Source of the DNA: Botryllus schlosseri
Taxonomy: Eukaryota
Length of the DNA: 60,000 bases
Reading direction: 5' to 3'
Assembly (NCBI GenBank): GCA_051294905.1
Contig: CM119371.1
Location: 32,676,001 to 32,736,000, forward strand
Shown: positions 1 to 13,330 of the stretch, piece after piece
Position numbering within the stretch: the first letter of the stretch is position 1
How the letters are laid out: the number at the start of each line of letters is the position of its first letter
The notes under the pieces: model-generated
What the model saw: only the letters and a program-made list of their open reading frames with translations
Database searches by the model: none
What the model was told of the DNA's origin: nothing
Made by a program: the position numbers and the translations under genes

Positions 1-830
1 GAGCGCGCTACTATATTAAAATCGAAAAATTAGGTTATGCTGAATTGCGCGGAGTGTGAAGAAAATTTCAAGATCAATTAGAATCTCTCAAAAATTTTGG
101 AGTGAATTCGTAATTTCAATTTGCATGTCAACGGATGCCAACACATACTAATTGAATTAGGTGTCGACGGCCGCACAAATTCCCGTCTACAGCAACAGGT
201 CGCTCTTCCCTGATCTAATAGTATACATATGGTATGTGTTACGCCAAGTTTGAATCCGCATTCCAGTTGTTGAGTCTTTAACATTTCTGACAAATTTCCC
301 CAAACTTGTTTGAAAATAGCAAAAAAAAATTGAACAGGACATCAAATTATTTCAAGGTAGGTTGCACTGAGAAATCCTAATACTGGTAGTGACTACAGAG
401 AGCACGGCATCGTTCTGTACTGACATGCTAAATTTGATCCGTTTTGGAATTGAATAAATTGTGTTTATTTAGGGTAGCTTAATTGAGGGCGAAATCGGGC
501 CACTTATATTGCATCTAAATCTGTGTTAGGCAGTGCAGTTCGCCAATTATTAACAACAGCTAACCAGCGCACCGAACTTTAGGCTACTGCGACGCTATGA
601 AGTAATGAATGACTTACACGTGGGAATTGCTCTCAATTTTCAAAGAATATCAATAATTTGCTCAAATGAAGTTGAAATCAGCCCATACTCCGATGAGCGC
701 GAAGGCTGGGGTTAGAATTTGGTGAGATTTCTTGAATACGGAATAAGTTTCATCTTTAAAAATCCTCTTCTCAGAATGATTGTGATACACATTTTTTTAT
801 CAGAATTCATACAGACGTAGTTAATTTGTC
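1..830. repeat. Dispersed repeat; uninterrupted copy of the element that hosts the Harbinger insertion at 32860
   Basis: Colinear similarity to ~32230-32856 plus 36576-36770, e.g. gggaattgctctcaattttcaaagaatatcaataatttgctc vs ggaattccac-tta[insert]tta-atcttcaaagattatcaaaaatttgctc. Confidence 0.8.
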
Positions 831-2704
831 GCGCCCCCAGGTTGAGAACCCCTGACCTAAACATAATAATTGTGTCATTGTAACATAAATGTTCAATCGC
901 CGAAGAATCCATTAGTGTTACAGCCGTGGAGCGTACCCCACTCACCTTTAATTGACGATAATGTTATGGATAAAGGTACACAACGCTCCATGATGGCACT
1001 AACTAAACATCAGGGGGGAAACAATATGCCAATGGTTGCCACAGCGGCCTGCTGAAATAGGTAAACGCTACACAACTCAAGCTACGACCTTTTCATATGT
1101 AACTATTCTCCCCGATTTTTGATAGTATGTTGCGTCCGTGATAGTACCAATGCACGGCGTTTCGAGTCACCAGTCCTTCTCTGAGTGTAACGTTTGACCC
1201 GACTCAACTCATTTTATCAACTAGTCAGTCCGAGCTCGAGTAATTTAAAGAAAGGTCGCGCCCAAGACCAAATCACAATTTTCAGTCACGAATCATCAAC
1301 GGGTCATGTTTTATTATCATGATCAGGTAATCAATGTTCCCTCTAATTTAGGGTTATTTTATTTTTGTGACTCAAATTCTAGACAATCCTTAGCGCCCAC
1401 TAACGGATTTCAAAATGAGGTACGAGCACATTGTAGGTCAATATGACGTCTCACTAGCAAAGCTTTGCCTATCGACCAGAGGTAGTCACGATCCCGTTCA
1501 AGAGTATGTGTTTGTGTGTTGTAAGTTGTAACCAGGACCAAAATCACACTTTATCACCCCTACCGGCCAAATAAACACTGATCTAGGGCCCGCCATAGGC
1601 TAATCTATGCAACTTTTAGGAGATTACTATATGCATCCGATTTCTATATGCATCCGGTAGCTAAATTCCCAATATGACTTCTGTCAATAATATTGCTATT
1701 CCATATATTGCTATATAGTTTTGATCCTCTTTCCATCCACATGACAAGCAAGTTAGCGTTTCTGTTGGAGGATGATGACTTCGAAAATGCAGGAAGCGTA
1801 ATTGTACATTGTTAACTCATATTCACGTCAAACCGATAAGAATATTTATCAGCCAGATGGTGGTGCGCACCACAGAGCTATATAAACACCACGCATCCGG
1901 TGGTTTCCAACCTTTTGTGGTGGCGACTCCCTTTCCAATTTCAAAATGTTCCGTGGCGCAGCTCAACATAGTTGATCAGCTGAATCTTAAAAATAAAAGT
2001 TCAGCACCTTTCCCAGACTTACTTGTGGCCTGTTCCGAAAGCTGATTATGTTCAACATCTTCGCGAACCCCAGAACAAAGGTTATCAATTCAGAAATAAA
2101 ATGTGTGCCAGTTAAATATTGTTGAATACTTGAAAACCCAAAATGCCGAGTCAGGTCGCGTGTTTGAGACCACTGGCATATGGCATATACCCTGATTCCC
2201 TCCATAGAAATTTCAATGTGGAACATAGGTGTTTGCTGCATATCGATCCACAAAATGTATTTTATTTTTTAAACCGGTACGCAGATCAAAAAGGATTCCC
2301 GAACCATTCTCTAATGCAGAGGTGGCCAACCTTTGTTCGCCAAAGGACCATACGGGATTTAAGAACCACTGAGCAGGACATTTGAATATTGATGACCTTT
2401 TTTGTCGTCCGATAGAAGCGAGCCGAATTAGGTGACGTTAAAAATAAGACTTACATTACTACACATTAAAATTGCTGCAATTATGACATGTAAGCTTTGT
2501 ATGCAACTGTGCAGTGTGAAACTGTGCATTCATGACCTGGTCACGTGAAGCGCGAAAATATTTCATAGGTAATGCATGAATTCTATCTATAAATATGTTT
2601 CTTGCATATATTGGGGGTCGCCTCTGTATACCACTAGGGTCATTTGGCAAGGACAGGATAATTCGGCGTTTAGACATAGCAATATCAAATGTTTCGGTGA
2701 ACAT

Positions 2705-4312
2705 TAGGGTTGTCCATATTTGGATAATCTCGCAAATCCTGCGTATCCATGTCTCATTCTATAGATCATTGATAAAAAAACGTCGATGAGCCTGCGATAA
2801 ACTCACAGGAAAGTCGTTAAGATTTGTCTAAATGCGTTTGAAAGTGGCTGCCACAGAGTGGGGGTACCAGCGACCAGAGAACGGCGGGAGGACTAGTAAT
2901 CATGAAATCACGGCGCTTGATTGGGTAAGCGGCTATGCTTGAATGATTACGACGGTGGCGGCTTGCTGATCAGCTGTTCGAGGAGTCTGCTAGCGGCGGT
3001 GAATCTGTAAGCGCATTGTAGGTTGGTCCGCAGACGATGATTTGAGATTGATTCGGGATATGTTTAGTAACATATTTCATAACGAACAAAAGACAGCTGG
3101 TTCACAAAAACGTTTGAAACATGACTGGCTTATTGTGAAGGTAACCGTTGTAGTCTGTGTACCTTGCTTTCATCGAGGGAAAGCACTGAAACACACAAAG
3201 AAACATTGCAATGGCACTTATGCAAGTAGCGAACTAATTTCTAGTTTAAGAAGGGATGTACCATCATTAATTACAAATATAAATCTTAACAGTGATCATA
3301 CTTTGTCTGATCTTATTAGGCTCTGGTCGTGGTATATAATTTAAGTCTTGAATGCTCTACGGTGGGCTGAATGGTCCGTTTATGCGTGGCAGCTGTCCGA
3401 TTCTTACAGCATATTGAATCTACCCGTAAGTGCTGTCAAAGTCGTCAATCATACCACAGAAGGAGATCTAAAGGTATGTACAGGCTATGCGGGCAGGGTC
3501 AGCAAAACTACAGTTTGCTTGTAGAGCTTAGCCTCTCCCAAATGAATCATAGATCATCATTGGCTGCATCACGACTAATATTTGAATCAAACCAGATATG
3601 AATATATAAATGCATTTAATCGATGCGGTAGTTACACTTCTTCAGAGTTCCAGTGTAAGCTACCTGATCGGTCCACATATCATCTTATAAGCATACAGGA
3701 TTGTGCCCCGCAGCATCCATCTCACATGCTGTGCTGCACCAGTTTGGCGATGGCTAATACTTTACCTGCACCCAGGAAAGCAGGAGGACTCGGCGTAATC
3801 GCAAGCATACCAGACTAGATGCTTTTCGGATTTATACTCACTTCTACAAGTTCACAATCATTCGCCGTTACACCTCGGCCATGTCTGCAGTAGGCTATTG
3901 CTGCTATAAACCTATCGTAACCGTAACCGACTTTTAAACTAAAACATTACATCACCAGGTGTCACATATTATTGTTAAATCACCAACCTACAATGCCCTT
4001 ACAGAATCATCGCCGTTAGCAAACTTCTTTAATGAGTAGAAGCACGTAATCAGCAAATTGCTGCGGTCGTGATCATTCAAGCATAACTGATTAACCAATC
4101 ATGAGCCGCGATTTCGTGATTACTAGTCTTCTCGCCGTTCTATGGTCGCTGGCACGCCCACTCTACAGCAGCTACTTTCGAACGCATTTAGACAAATCTC
4201 GACTTTCCTGTGATCTTATTGCTGGCTCATTGACGTTTTTTTTATCAATAATCTATAGAATGAGACATGGATACGCAGCATTTGTGAGATTTTCAAATTA
4301 TGGACAACCCTA
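2705..4312. mobile_element. hAT-type non-autonomous element with long (~270 bp) imperfect TIRs
   Basis: Ends tagggttgtccata / tatggacaacccta; perfect 8-bp TSD GTGAACAT (2697-2704, 4313-4320); inverted similarity extends over ~2705-2980 vs ~4040-4312. Confidence 0.85.
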
Positions 4313-5389
4313 GTGAACATGCCTCCATCATTTTGTGCAAATGTTTCATCGCCGACGATCTCGCTGCGAGCACACGAGCGAAGTCACATGTTGTACGAGG
4401 CATTTTCTCCTAATTGCGAATATAGTTGGACTAAATTCTGTAAATTACGCGTGTTTATAATTTTCAGGAGGGGCCCCAATACTAATCGACTGGCAATAAA
4501 TCATGCGAAGTGCTAAGAAAATTTCAAGTCAAAAATATCTGCTGCATGATATTATATACTTTATGGTCAATTGGTCATATACGAATATCTGCGATAAATG
4601 TGGCTGGCCCCTTACTACGCCAGCGCGTCGGAACTGATCTTTTAGTCATCATCATATTTCGCGGTCAGGCTAATTCAGTGGTTCTCAGCCGGTGTGTCGC
4701 GGCACACTAGTGTGCCATTTACGTCTCGCAAGTGTGCCGCGAGAGATTTATGCGAAAATGTTGAAATTATGCTACTAGAATTGTAAAATAATATTTGGTT
4801 TCAAAGCTGCGGAGGAATTGACAATGATTCCCGGGTCAAATCATATCCTTCGTAGACGTATTTGAGACATGTCCGCAGATATAGAAGATACCGTAATTTC
4901 TTCTTTGAGGCCGAGCAAATCCTACTTGAGTGCTCCGAAAAGGTAGAAGTACTTCTTCAGATACCCCTTCCGCAGTGGCGGCTCGTCCTATAGGGCAACT
5001 GGGGCATTGCCCCACCTAAAATTCTGTTCAATAACAATTTAACCATTTATAGACGCACAGCAATCAATATATACCGAGATCACAGCGAAACCCGCGTTCT
5101 TCTTGTGCTTTCGCTTGCAAACGCCCATACATAGCGAAGTCTCTGCGAAAATCGAATTCTCTTCTGTGTTTTCGCTTTGTGAATGCCTAGCCGGGGCTTG
5201 CCCCGGTAGCGCTCATAACAAGCTTTCACTATCTATTCTCTCAAAGCCGCGCACAATAAAGAAACGGTGATTTACTCTCTCCTATTCGTAAAATGGCTGA
5301 GCAACCGGGGCAAATATGCCTACTGGCCCCTAAGGTGTGATGTAACAATCGTATCTATATCTGAACTCGGTTACCGTAATATGCGTTGA

Positions 5390-6420
5390 GTCGACCTTTG
5401 CTGGTATAGGTCGATTTTGACGGTGTTTCGCACCATGATAATTCTTGAAACTTGGTATGATATGTCGTGAAGGTAGTATTTAACACTGCTCCAAGTTTCA
5501 GGCTTGCTACTTAAAGATAATGGTAGTAATTCCGTTTCCGAAGTTCAGTGTGTGCTGATCTATCATGTACATAGTACAGCAAACGGATTTTACTCAAAAG
5601 CCGGTATTGGTCTCCATTGATTTTGACGATGTTCTATACCGAGATCGGTCATGACATTTGGCACGGTAAGTGTTAGTATCGACCGATGTAACAAGTTTTA
5701 AGTTTGTCACTGAACTATGTGGGTGGTAATTTCGTTTCCAAAGTCGAGTAAGAGCTGACTCTTCATTTATGGCCAACAAATTTACGCAAAAGCCGTTATT
5801 GGTCTCTATTGATTTTAACGATGTTCCATACCTAGATCTGTCATGAGCTTTCACACGGTATGTCTTGATTTTAGTATCGAACGCGGTGCCAAGTCTTAAA
5901 GTTGACACTCAATGATTGAGGCAGTTATTTCGTTTTCGAGGTCGAGTATGTTAGAGATGCGCGCTGATCTGATACTTAGCCTACCTCCGTCATTGCGGAT
6001 CTCACGCAAAAGCCGGTGTCGGTCTGTGCTAATCTATAGTCTGCGTTCCATAACGAGATCGGTGATGATATTTCCAATGGTATATCTCGATGATCGCATG
6101 AAACAGCTAACCAAGATTCTCGGTTTGCATTCAAGTATTCGCATAATTTTATGTTCGCCAATGTCCATTTCACTGTGAAATTGTGGCCTTCAAACCATTT
6201 GCTTACAATCCCCTGTCAATTGCGATAGCTATTTCATTTTCGATGTCGGCTAACAGCTGATCATTCGATCAGCCTATTCCTCGATCTATTTTACTCAAAG
6301 TTCGGTGTTCGTCTGTTTGCATTGATTTTGACAGTGTACCATACCGGAATGGGTTATGAGATTGCGTATGCTACTTCTCGAAGATTTCTTGTAACAGTAT
6401 ACTAAGTTACGGCTTTTATT
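5390..6420. repeat. Degenerate tandem array of ~200-290-bp units
   Basis: Recurring motif (a)c(t/g)caaaagccg..ttggtct..attgatttt.acgatgttc.atacc.agatc.gtcatga near 5595, 5788, 6008, 6295 and weakly 5400. Confidence 0.6.
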
Positions 6421-6482
6421 CATGTATTTATATATTAATATATTTTCCAACGGCGATTTCGCAGCAGACTTATAGACAGTAA

Positions 6483-7444
6483 AGGCTGCTGCACACTGGC
6501 TTTGCGACACGACTAAAATAGGTAATTCCCCGATCGTGTCGCGCTCACGATCGCGGTAGTTGCGTTCTGCTGCACACTGGGACACCGAGTCGTACACTCG
6601 TAACGTAGGCCTATCTGTTCTGTACCAGCTTAATGATTTCGTAACAGTATCGGTTCTTGGTTATTACTTTTGGAAAACACATCAAGATACTTCCTACACA
6701 TATGTGTTTTCTATGTGTACTGACAGCATTTTGCTGATGCTCCGAATTTTGATAAGGAATACACCATAAGTCCACTAAGATATTCTCAAATTCGAAAACT
6801 CAGTTTATTATTTCAACTCAAGACGCAGATGCCCAATATACAGTACCCAAGATACAAAGAATATAAACAAGAAGGTGTCTAATCGTGGAAACGCCCCAAC
6901 ATACTCCACCAATCAGATATCTTTATAATATGGGCCTACTCTTCTTGGCCTACCGGTACTTTCGTAATGTCAAGCATGTCAGTGGTATTGGCGGGCTAGA
7001 GGTCATGTTCTCTGTTATCCATCTTGTATTGTGAACATATCGTAATTTAATTATCAAATATATCTTCATTTCGTTCATCCATCTTCAAGTTATCAACTTG
7101 AGGTTGAATCATTCTTTTCTGGGCTTGTTGGATATCATACAGCGCCCTGAGTCAATCCCAAGATAAATTACGCATTTGGTACACGAGTATGTTAAATTAG
7201 GAAGTTGAACGATTAGAAAAGATTGCAACAGCACCGTCGAAATAAGAGCGCGTGCTTATTTTCTACGGCGGCTAAGCCCGCAACTCGCGACAAAGTTGGA
7301 TTTTTTCAACTTTGTCGGCGAGTTGCGTAGCCCGCTCGCCGACGCTTTGTTGCGTAGTCTGGCGACGCGGTGTGCATGGTTTTGTCACAGACAGGCGCGA
7401 TTCTCTCGTTTTGTCGTGTCGCGAGAGCCAGTGTGCAGCAGCCT
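6483..7444. mobile_element. PIF/Harbinger (Tourist-like) non-autonomous element
   Basis: ~36-bp imperfect TIR aggctgctgcacactggct..gcgacacgac; 3-bp TSD TAA on both sides. Confidence 0.85.
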
Positions 7445-8676
7445 TAAGCCGTATGTGTTGTGTCACAGTCTCCAGTTTCAAGGCCAAAATGTCCTACGTT
7501 GTTCCGAGACCGAAGTTCCGAGGCTGCTGTCCTTAGTTCTTCAAAGACCATTCAAATTGATGTTCTGGATTCAATATGACAGGCCCAATCTATGAGATAA
7601 CAATTGCGTATGTGTCCGAACTCGTTGACCTTTCCAGTTAGGCTTACGCAATCTCTCGAGTTCTAGTCATTGTAATTAGTCAGGTCAAGTCAAGTGCGAA
7701 CATGAATCGTATTGAATCTTTATTCCGTACGTAGTTTACGCAGTTGCCTTTAGAGCGAAAATGAGAGGTCTAGAAGTTGTCCAGTCTATTGATCCAATCG
7801 TACGCCGGGTGCCTCCGCTTTGGTTGCCTATTATCACCTGGTCGTAACCAGAGATGGCCACAGTCCGGTTCAGGAGCAGGAGCAGGATTTCAATGTTTTT
7901 TTACCTGGCCGGACTGGATCCGGATTTCGAATTTGGGGTGACGGTCGGATTTTCGGGTCTATCGATTTGCGTAATCTATAACTCTACCATGAAATCAAAA
8001 CGCATGCTACTAAGGATGACCTGATACTTGATTCGTGGCATAGGGACGATTCTTAGTTCACGTACATTTTGTAAAATAATCCTTTGAATAAAAATAAATG
8101 AATAAAACATTTGTTACCACACTTCAAGTCACGGCTCACCGGCAAACCTCTCGCGGCACCTACGTTAAAATCACTGTTGTCGGGAAATTCATGTGACCAT
8201 CATAAAGTTACTTTTTTACGTTGGAAAACGCCATTGTGACGTCATGTTGATAAAAGTCGCTCGCAGCCCTTGCCCCACCACCCGATATTGTCACGAGCCG
8301 CCACTGCCCTTCCGTACGACTGTGGGTGCTGCTAAGCATTCTGGTACTTTTCAGGTGCCGTAAGCCAAAAAATTGTGAGAACCAAGTGTGCCGCGAACTA
8401 TTTTTCATTTTCAAAGGGTTTCAAAACGTTGAGAACCACTGGGCTAACTAAATATTGGTTGGCCTTGCAATTTACCTGATGTTATAACTAATTTCGAGAA
8501 TTACCTCGCGGGTCACATTTGGCCCGTGGGCCACGAGTTGACCGCCCCGACTCTATTATATACTTGTGTTGTGTGCTATGCGTCCTTCGACTGCTGGTAC
8601 CTTCTTCCTATTTACAAACTCTGGACTTAGCAATGACCTTAGACTTCCCCAAATTGAGAAAACATGTACTGTACAT

Positions 8677-10497
8677 TAGGGTTATGACTAGAAAAAAAAT
8701 TCAAAATCTTGTGTGTCCTGTAGTCACAAACGATGAACTTTTGTGTCCTGATTTCGAAATTAACAAAACTTGAGACTGGTTAAACGAAAACCTCTCGCAC
8801 AAAATTTTTCCAGTTTTCACTGTATTAAGCTTTTTTTATAGACACAGACTATATAATAGATATAACGACTGATTTGAATTTAACTGATCCAATTTTGATT
8901 ACGAAGATTTAAATAAGTATTTTTATAAATTTTGATCGCTCATATTGAATTATTCCTATCGTTTTCTTGCTTGCAGTAAAAATTAAATAATTAATCAATA
9001 TTTATTAATTTCGATTTTAGATCTAGACTGTATCGATCGTATAATTTCAATTTATCTGACACAAATCGAACTGGTGGATCGAAAAGGCGAAAGTAGAACA
9101 ACTTAGCATATTCTCAGCGATCTTTAAAACCGATTAGAGGAATATGGTGAAAATTTGAAAATGTCTTATCATATGTGACTCAGCATCTGTTGATACTGGG
9201 CGGCGGAATGGCGTTGTTGTGACACTTCAAATTGCAATGATGAGCAATAATTTTCATAAACCACAATACATCGGTTGCCAACATAATACTATCGATTCTT
9301 AAAGCATATATCAGATTTCTTCAATCCAACATCCTCAACAAATCCAACTGTCAGATACAATTTTGGGGATGATATGGGAAAACACTACGAAAACTTGGTA
9401 CAATCCATCAAGCCAGAATTTCAAATGAAAATATTAGAAATCCGAGGATGGAGGGATGATTTTAAGTTTATCTATGTGCTGTGCAGAGCATGCCGCTCTT
9501 TCAGAGAAAATAGTATACCACTAATCGAAGGGCATAAACTTTCCATCTCTACGCAATGGGAGATGGAGCTCAAGGCCTATAATTCCGTTCTTCCAAGTCC
9601 CCAGATGGAGAGTAACTCTTGAGATATCATGTATATTCCTCGCAAATGCGTGTCAGGAATCCTGATATTCTAACTAGATGTCTATAGATAGAATATACTG
9701 GAGCCGAACCGTTTGTCGGTTCGTCGATAATATCGGGACGATATCACACTTTGAAAGAATTATCGGTAACGGCCATTGAAGCTGAAAAATTATCGGCAAT
9801 TTTCGTGACGTCACAACATGGTGGTAGGAAGTCCGAAAACTATAATCTTTGACCGCCACACTGAAAATATTGATATATGACACATAGCTTACACTTAACA
9901 GGTGTCCAGGTGTAGCCTTTCTAGTTTATTTCATGCTCAAATATGACAATGGCTGTAAACATGTTCAAATAAATGCTCTGAAGCTTTGAAAATGTGCTAA
10001 TGTATATTCAACTTCCTTCGAATATCGGCTGAATGTATTGCGGTTCTTGGTCAAGGTGTAAGATATCGGTTATATCGGTATCGACCTAAAAATCCAATAT
10101 CGGTCGGGATCTAGGGTAGCCTATACCAAAAATTATTTACTGCTATTTTGCGCTCGAATGTCCTGCAACGATAAAGTGCCTTAAAATCCCATTGGAAGTC
10201 GGATATTTCCGTTGTAGATGTCCCTGACACTAACATAATAACAGAAAGGGAAGTCAAATTGATGGATGAACTTTACCAGAATTACAAAAGGACATATATA
10301 TGAAGATTAAATTTGTAGCAAAGAATACCTATAAATTGTAAATTTTTTCTATATTTGTACCAGTGTCGAAAATTGAAGTTAGTTTGTTCGGGACATTCTT
10401 TTCAATTTGAACAAAATGATTATAATTTCATTAATTTATTCCAAAATGCTCATTAATTCCTGCTACAGGCAATTTTTTTCTTTTAGTCACAACGCTA
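8677..10497 (+). mobile_element. Degenerate hAT-superfamily (hATm-like) transposon with transposase pseudogene
   Basis: Imperfect TIR tagggttatgacta / tagtcacaacgcta; TSD ctgtacat/ctgtactt; + strand remnants IICDSASVDTGRRNGVV, KPQYIGCQH, GWRDDFKFIY (~9165-9480) and HWKSDISVVDVPDTNIITEREVKLM (~10190-10265); interrupted by a ~440-bp aatatcgg-rich MITE (~9675-10113). Confidence 0.7.
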
Positions 10498-10989
10498 CTG
10501 TACTTACATGCACCCAATGGGATACAAAAGTGTGCTATGACTTAAATTAGAATTCAGTAAGTACATTTACTGTGACCTCATTTTACGCTCAGCTTTGGTC
10601 ATTAGTGTATAGCACGCATGATACGACACGTATCCTTAAGTTAGACTCTTCAAGAACATGTTTCCACAAATATTGCAATGACATCACAATGACAAATATC
10701 TGTAACGGGAGTAACTTGACACAATACGTCATTAGGAACAGAAAAAACTCTTACATGGTTTAGTGTTGTAAGAAGTGTCCAAGCGAAGCATTCCTCAATT
10801 TTTATTCCAATCTTGTGAAATTTCCAAAGGGTCAATTAGCAGGATTATGTAATTGAGATGGACTATCCACAATATCCTGATTTCAAAAACACAGGTATTC
10901 AGTACGAAGCCAGCTAATAGAACACATATCTGTAAAAAACTTCCGTCTGTTGTTGATCACTCTCGATACAACTGCTGCTGCAGCAACTT

Positions 10990-13330
10990 CATTAATTACA
11001 TTTCAGTCAGGATTTTTGACGCCTGAATGCACATTCATATGATGCTTGAGGTCGCCCTTCGTAGTAAATGTTTTCCAACATCACATTACATTACATCACA
11101 TTCATGATTTTTGGTGGGAGCATGTAAGTACTTGCATGTGACGCTTGAGATCACCCTTCTTCTTAAATACTTCCCCACATACTTCACATTCATAATGCTT
11201 AACCCTAGAATGCATAACAGGGGTCAAAATGACCCAGACGGTGTTATTCATTGTAACCGCTAAACACATATTGCGAATTGAATCCTGAAATTTCTTGACT
11301 TTGTTAGTCTTTTATACTTATACATGATGAGAAAAAATTTGTTCTGAAAAATTTTACCTTTGACAAGAAAAATGCATATTTCATTGAGTACCCCGAGAAT
11401 GCATAACAGGGGTCATTTTGACCCGCAGCAAATTGAAATAGAATAGGACCCGAAAAAGAGGCCTGAGATCATCAGATTTTATAAACAGACAAAGATTTGT
11501 GTTGACTTGATTGACCAAATGGTTCAAACATATGCTTGCAAACGTAAATCCTGTCGATGGCCTGTAGTTCTCTTTTACAATCTGCTCAACATCGCAGCTC
11601 TAAATGCATTTATCATATTCAGACAAGTATGACCTGATTATATGAGTGGACTAGGTTCAAAGCAATGAGGTTTGATCGATATCTTGCTAACTGCCTCATT
11701 TTGCTCCACATGATGACAAGATAGACAATGCAACTCCACAGAGCCACAGGAGAGGCTAGATGAGATATGGCATCGCTTTTCGAAGTCCGTCCCCGCAATC
11801 AACAAACACGTTGCAGAATAGGAAGTGGTGTTCCTTACTAGGGATGGTGTGATTTGTGGTGAGGTTCGCGTTCTGTGTTTGAACCCCGAAATTTAGAGGT
11901 TCACGTCCACAAACGAACCTTGATAAGTTCTGCACTGTGAACCTTTTTCATAGGTTCTGCACTGAACCTTTTTGATAGATTACAATTTTCACTTCCTTCT
12001 TTGTATGAAATTTATTGCATTTCACCTGCGGGCCACTCTATGCATGGCGTTGTCGCAGCTTAAAAACAAATCAACACCAAATGCGCATGCACCTTGACAA
12101 TCTCAAATACTTTTACTTGCTTTGTTACAAAAATTTTCTCGAAATATGCTACTTGCTGTTTGTGAATATTTAGTGATTCTCTGCTGGGAGGTTGACTTGC
12201 AATCATAAAACATCAAGATCCAAATACGCTACATGTAGGTAGCCACTCCTTATGTCCCGACGCAAGGGATAAGAAAGTTGCTCCAGATGTTGCAGACCGA
12301 TGTGCTCAGAATACAGCGTGACCATGATCATAGGCAACAAATGCAGTGAATGAATCAGGGTATTCTTTGTAGTGTGAACTGTTCTGCTGGACTTTTATTT
12401 CATTTCATCAGCGACTTCTTTACACTGTTTTTCGTCGGTTTTCACATTAAAATACAGCAGAAACTCTAGACATGTCAACATTACGCCAATGAAAGATCTG
12501 AGGAAAGAACAAAAAGAAAAATTTTCAATGTCTTTGTAGTACAATTGCACGTAATAGCAACACGGGTCAAAATGACCCCTGTTATGCATTAGCGTAAGTT
12601 TTTTTGTGCATGCGTTCTAGGGTTAATGTAAGCATGTCCATCCACATGACGCTTTAAGGTTACTTCTATGCGAGAATGATTTGCCACATATATCACATTC
12701 ATAATTTTTGATGCTAGCATGTATATTCATATGATAACCGAGGTTACCCTTCTGGGTGAATGCTTTCCCACATATATCACATTCATGATTTTTTATGCCA
12801 GCGTGCATGTCCATATGAAGCTTCAGGTCAGTCTTCCACGTGAATGCTTTATCACATACATGGCATTTATGATTTCGGATGCCAGTATGTATATTCATAT
12901 GCCGCTTGAGGTAACCCATCCTAGTAAATGCTTTCCCACATACAGTGCACCCATGATTTTCAATGCCACAATGCACATCCATATGACTCTTGAGCTCGCC
13001 CTTCGTGGTAAATGCTTTCCCGCATACATCACATTCATGATTTGTGATGCTAGCATGAATATCCATATGACACTTGAGGTGCGCCTTCCTAGTAAATGCT
13101 TTCCCACATACATCACATTTCTGATTTTTGATGCCAGCATGTATGTCTATATGACGTCTGAGGTTATTCTTTAGAGTGAATGCTCTGCCACATACATCAC
13201 ATCTATGATTTTTCATGGGAACACGCACGTGCGTATGAATCTTGTCAATTTTCTGAGAAGACTCTTTCCTGGAAATATCGTTTGGGCGATCTTTCAAGTC
13301 CTGATCAACAATTGATTTTTCAGATTCCAT
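10990..13330 (-). pseudogene. Tandem C2H2 zinc-finger gene, paralogue 1, disrupted
   Basis: ATG at 13330 (MESEKSIVDQ); six intact CxxC-x12-HxxxH fingers; +1 frameshift in finger 7 (~12655); piggyBac at TTAA 11199/12623; finger sequence resumes at 11198-11000 (HYECEVCGEVFKKKGDLKRHM; GKTFTTKGDLKHHMNVHSG). Confidence 0.85.
11203..12622 (+). mobile_element. Internally deleted piggyBac transposon
   Basis: TTAA TSD both sides; TIR CCCTAGAA(T/C)GCAT; subterminal repeats tgcataacaggggtca..tgaccc; transposase C-terminal remnant PEIIRFYKQTKICVDLIDQMVQTYACKRKSCRWPVVLFYNLLNIAALNAF (~11460-11620); Cys-rich tail split by a nested insert at ~11838-12246. Confidence 0.92.

Larger units (their letters stand above)
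4973..8306. mobile_element. hAT-type non-autonomous element (nested)
   Basis: 14-bp TIR CAGTGGCGGCTCGT / ACGAGCCGCCACTG; perfect 8-bp TSD CCCTTCCG. Confidence 0.85.
4676..8441. mobile_element. hAT (Buster/Charlie-like) non-autonomous element containing nested insertions
   Basis: TIR cagtggttctca / tgagaaccactg; TSD ggctaatt/ggctaact; same end sequence as 27809-29920. Confidence 0.7.
2317..8550. mobile_element. Non-autonomous hAT-type element, outermost layer of a nested cluster
   Basis: Ends cagaggtggccaac / gttgaccgccccga; degenerate 8-bp TSD ctctaatg/ctctatta; internal sequence is the reverse complement of the family at 22814-23706 and 26917-27600. Confidence 0.55.
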
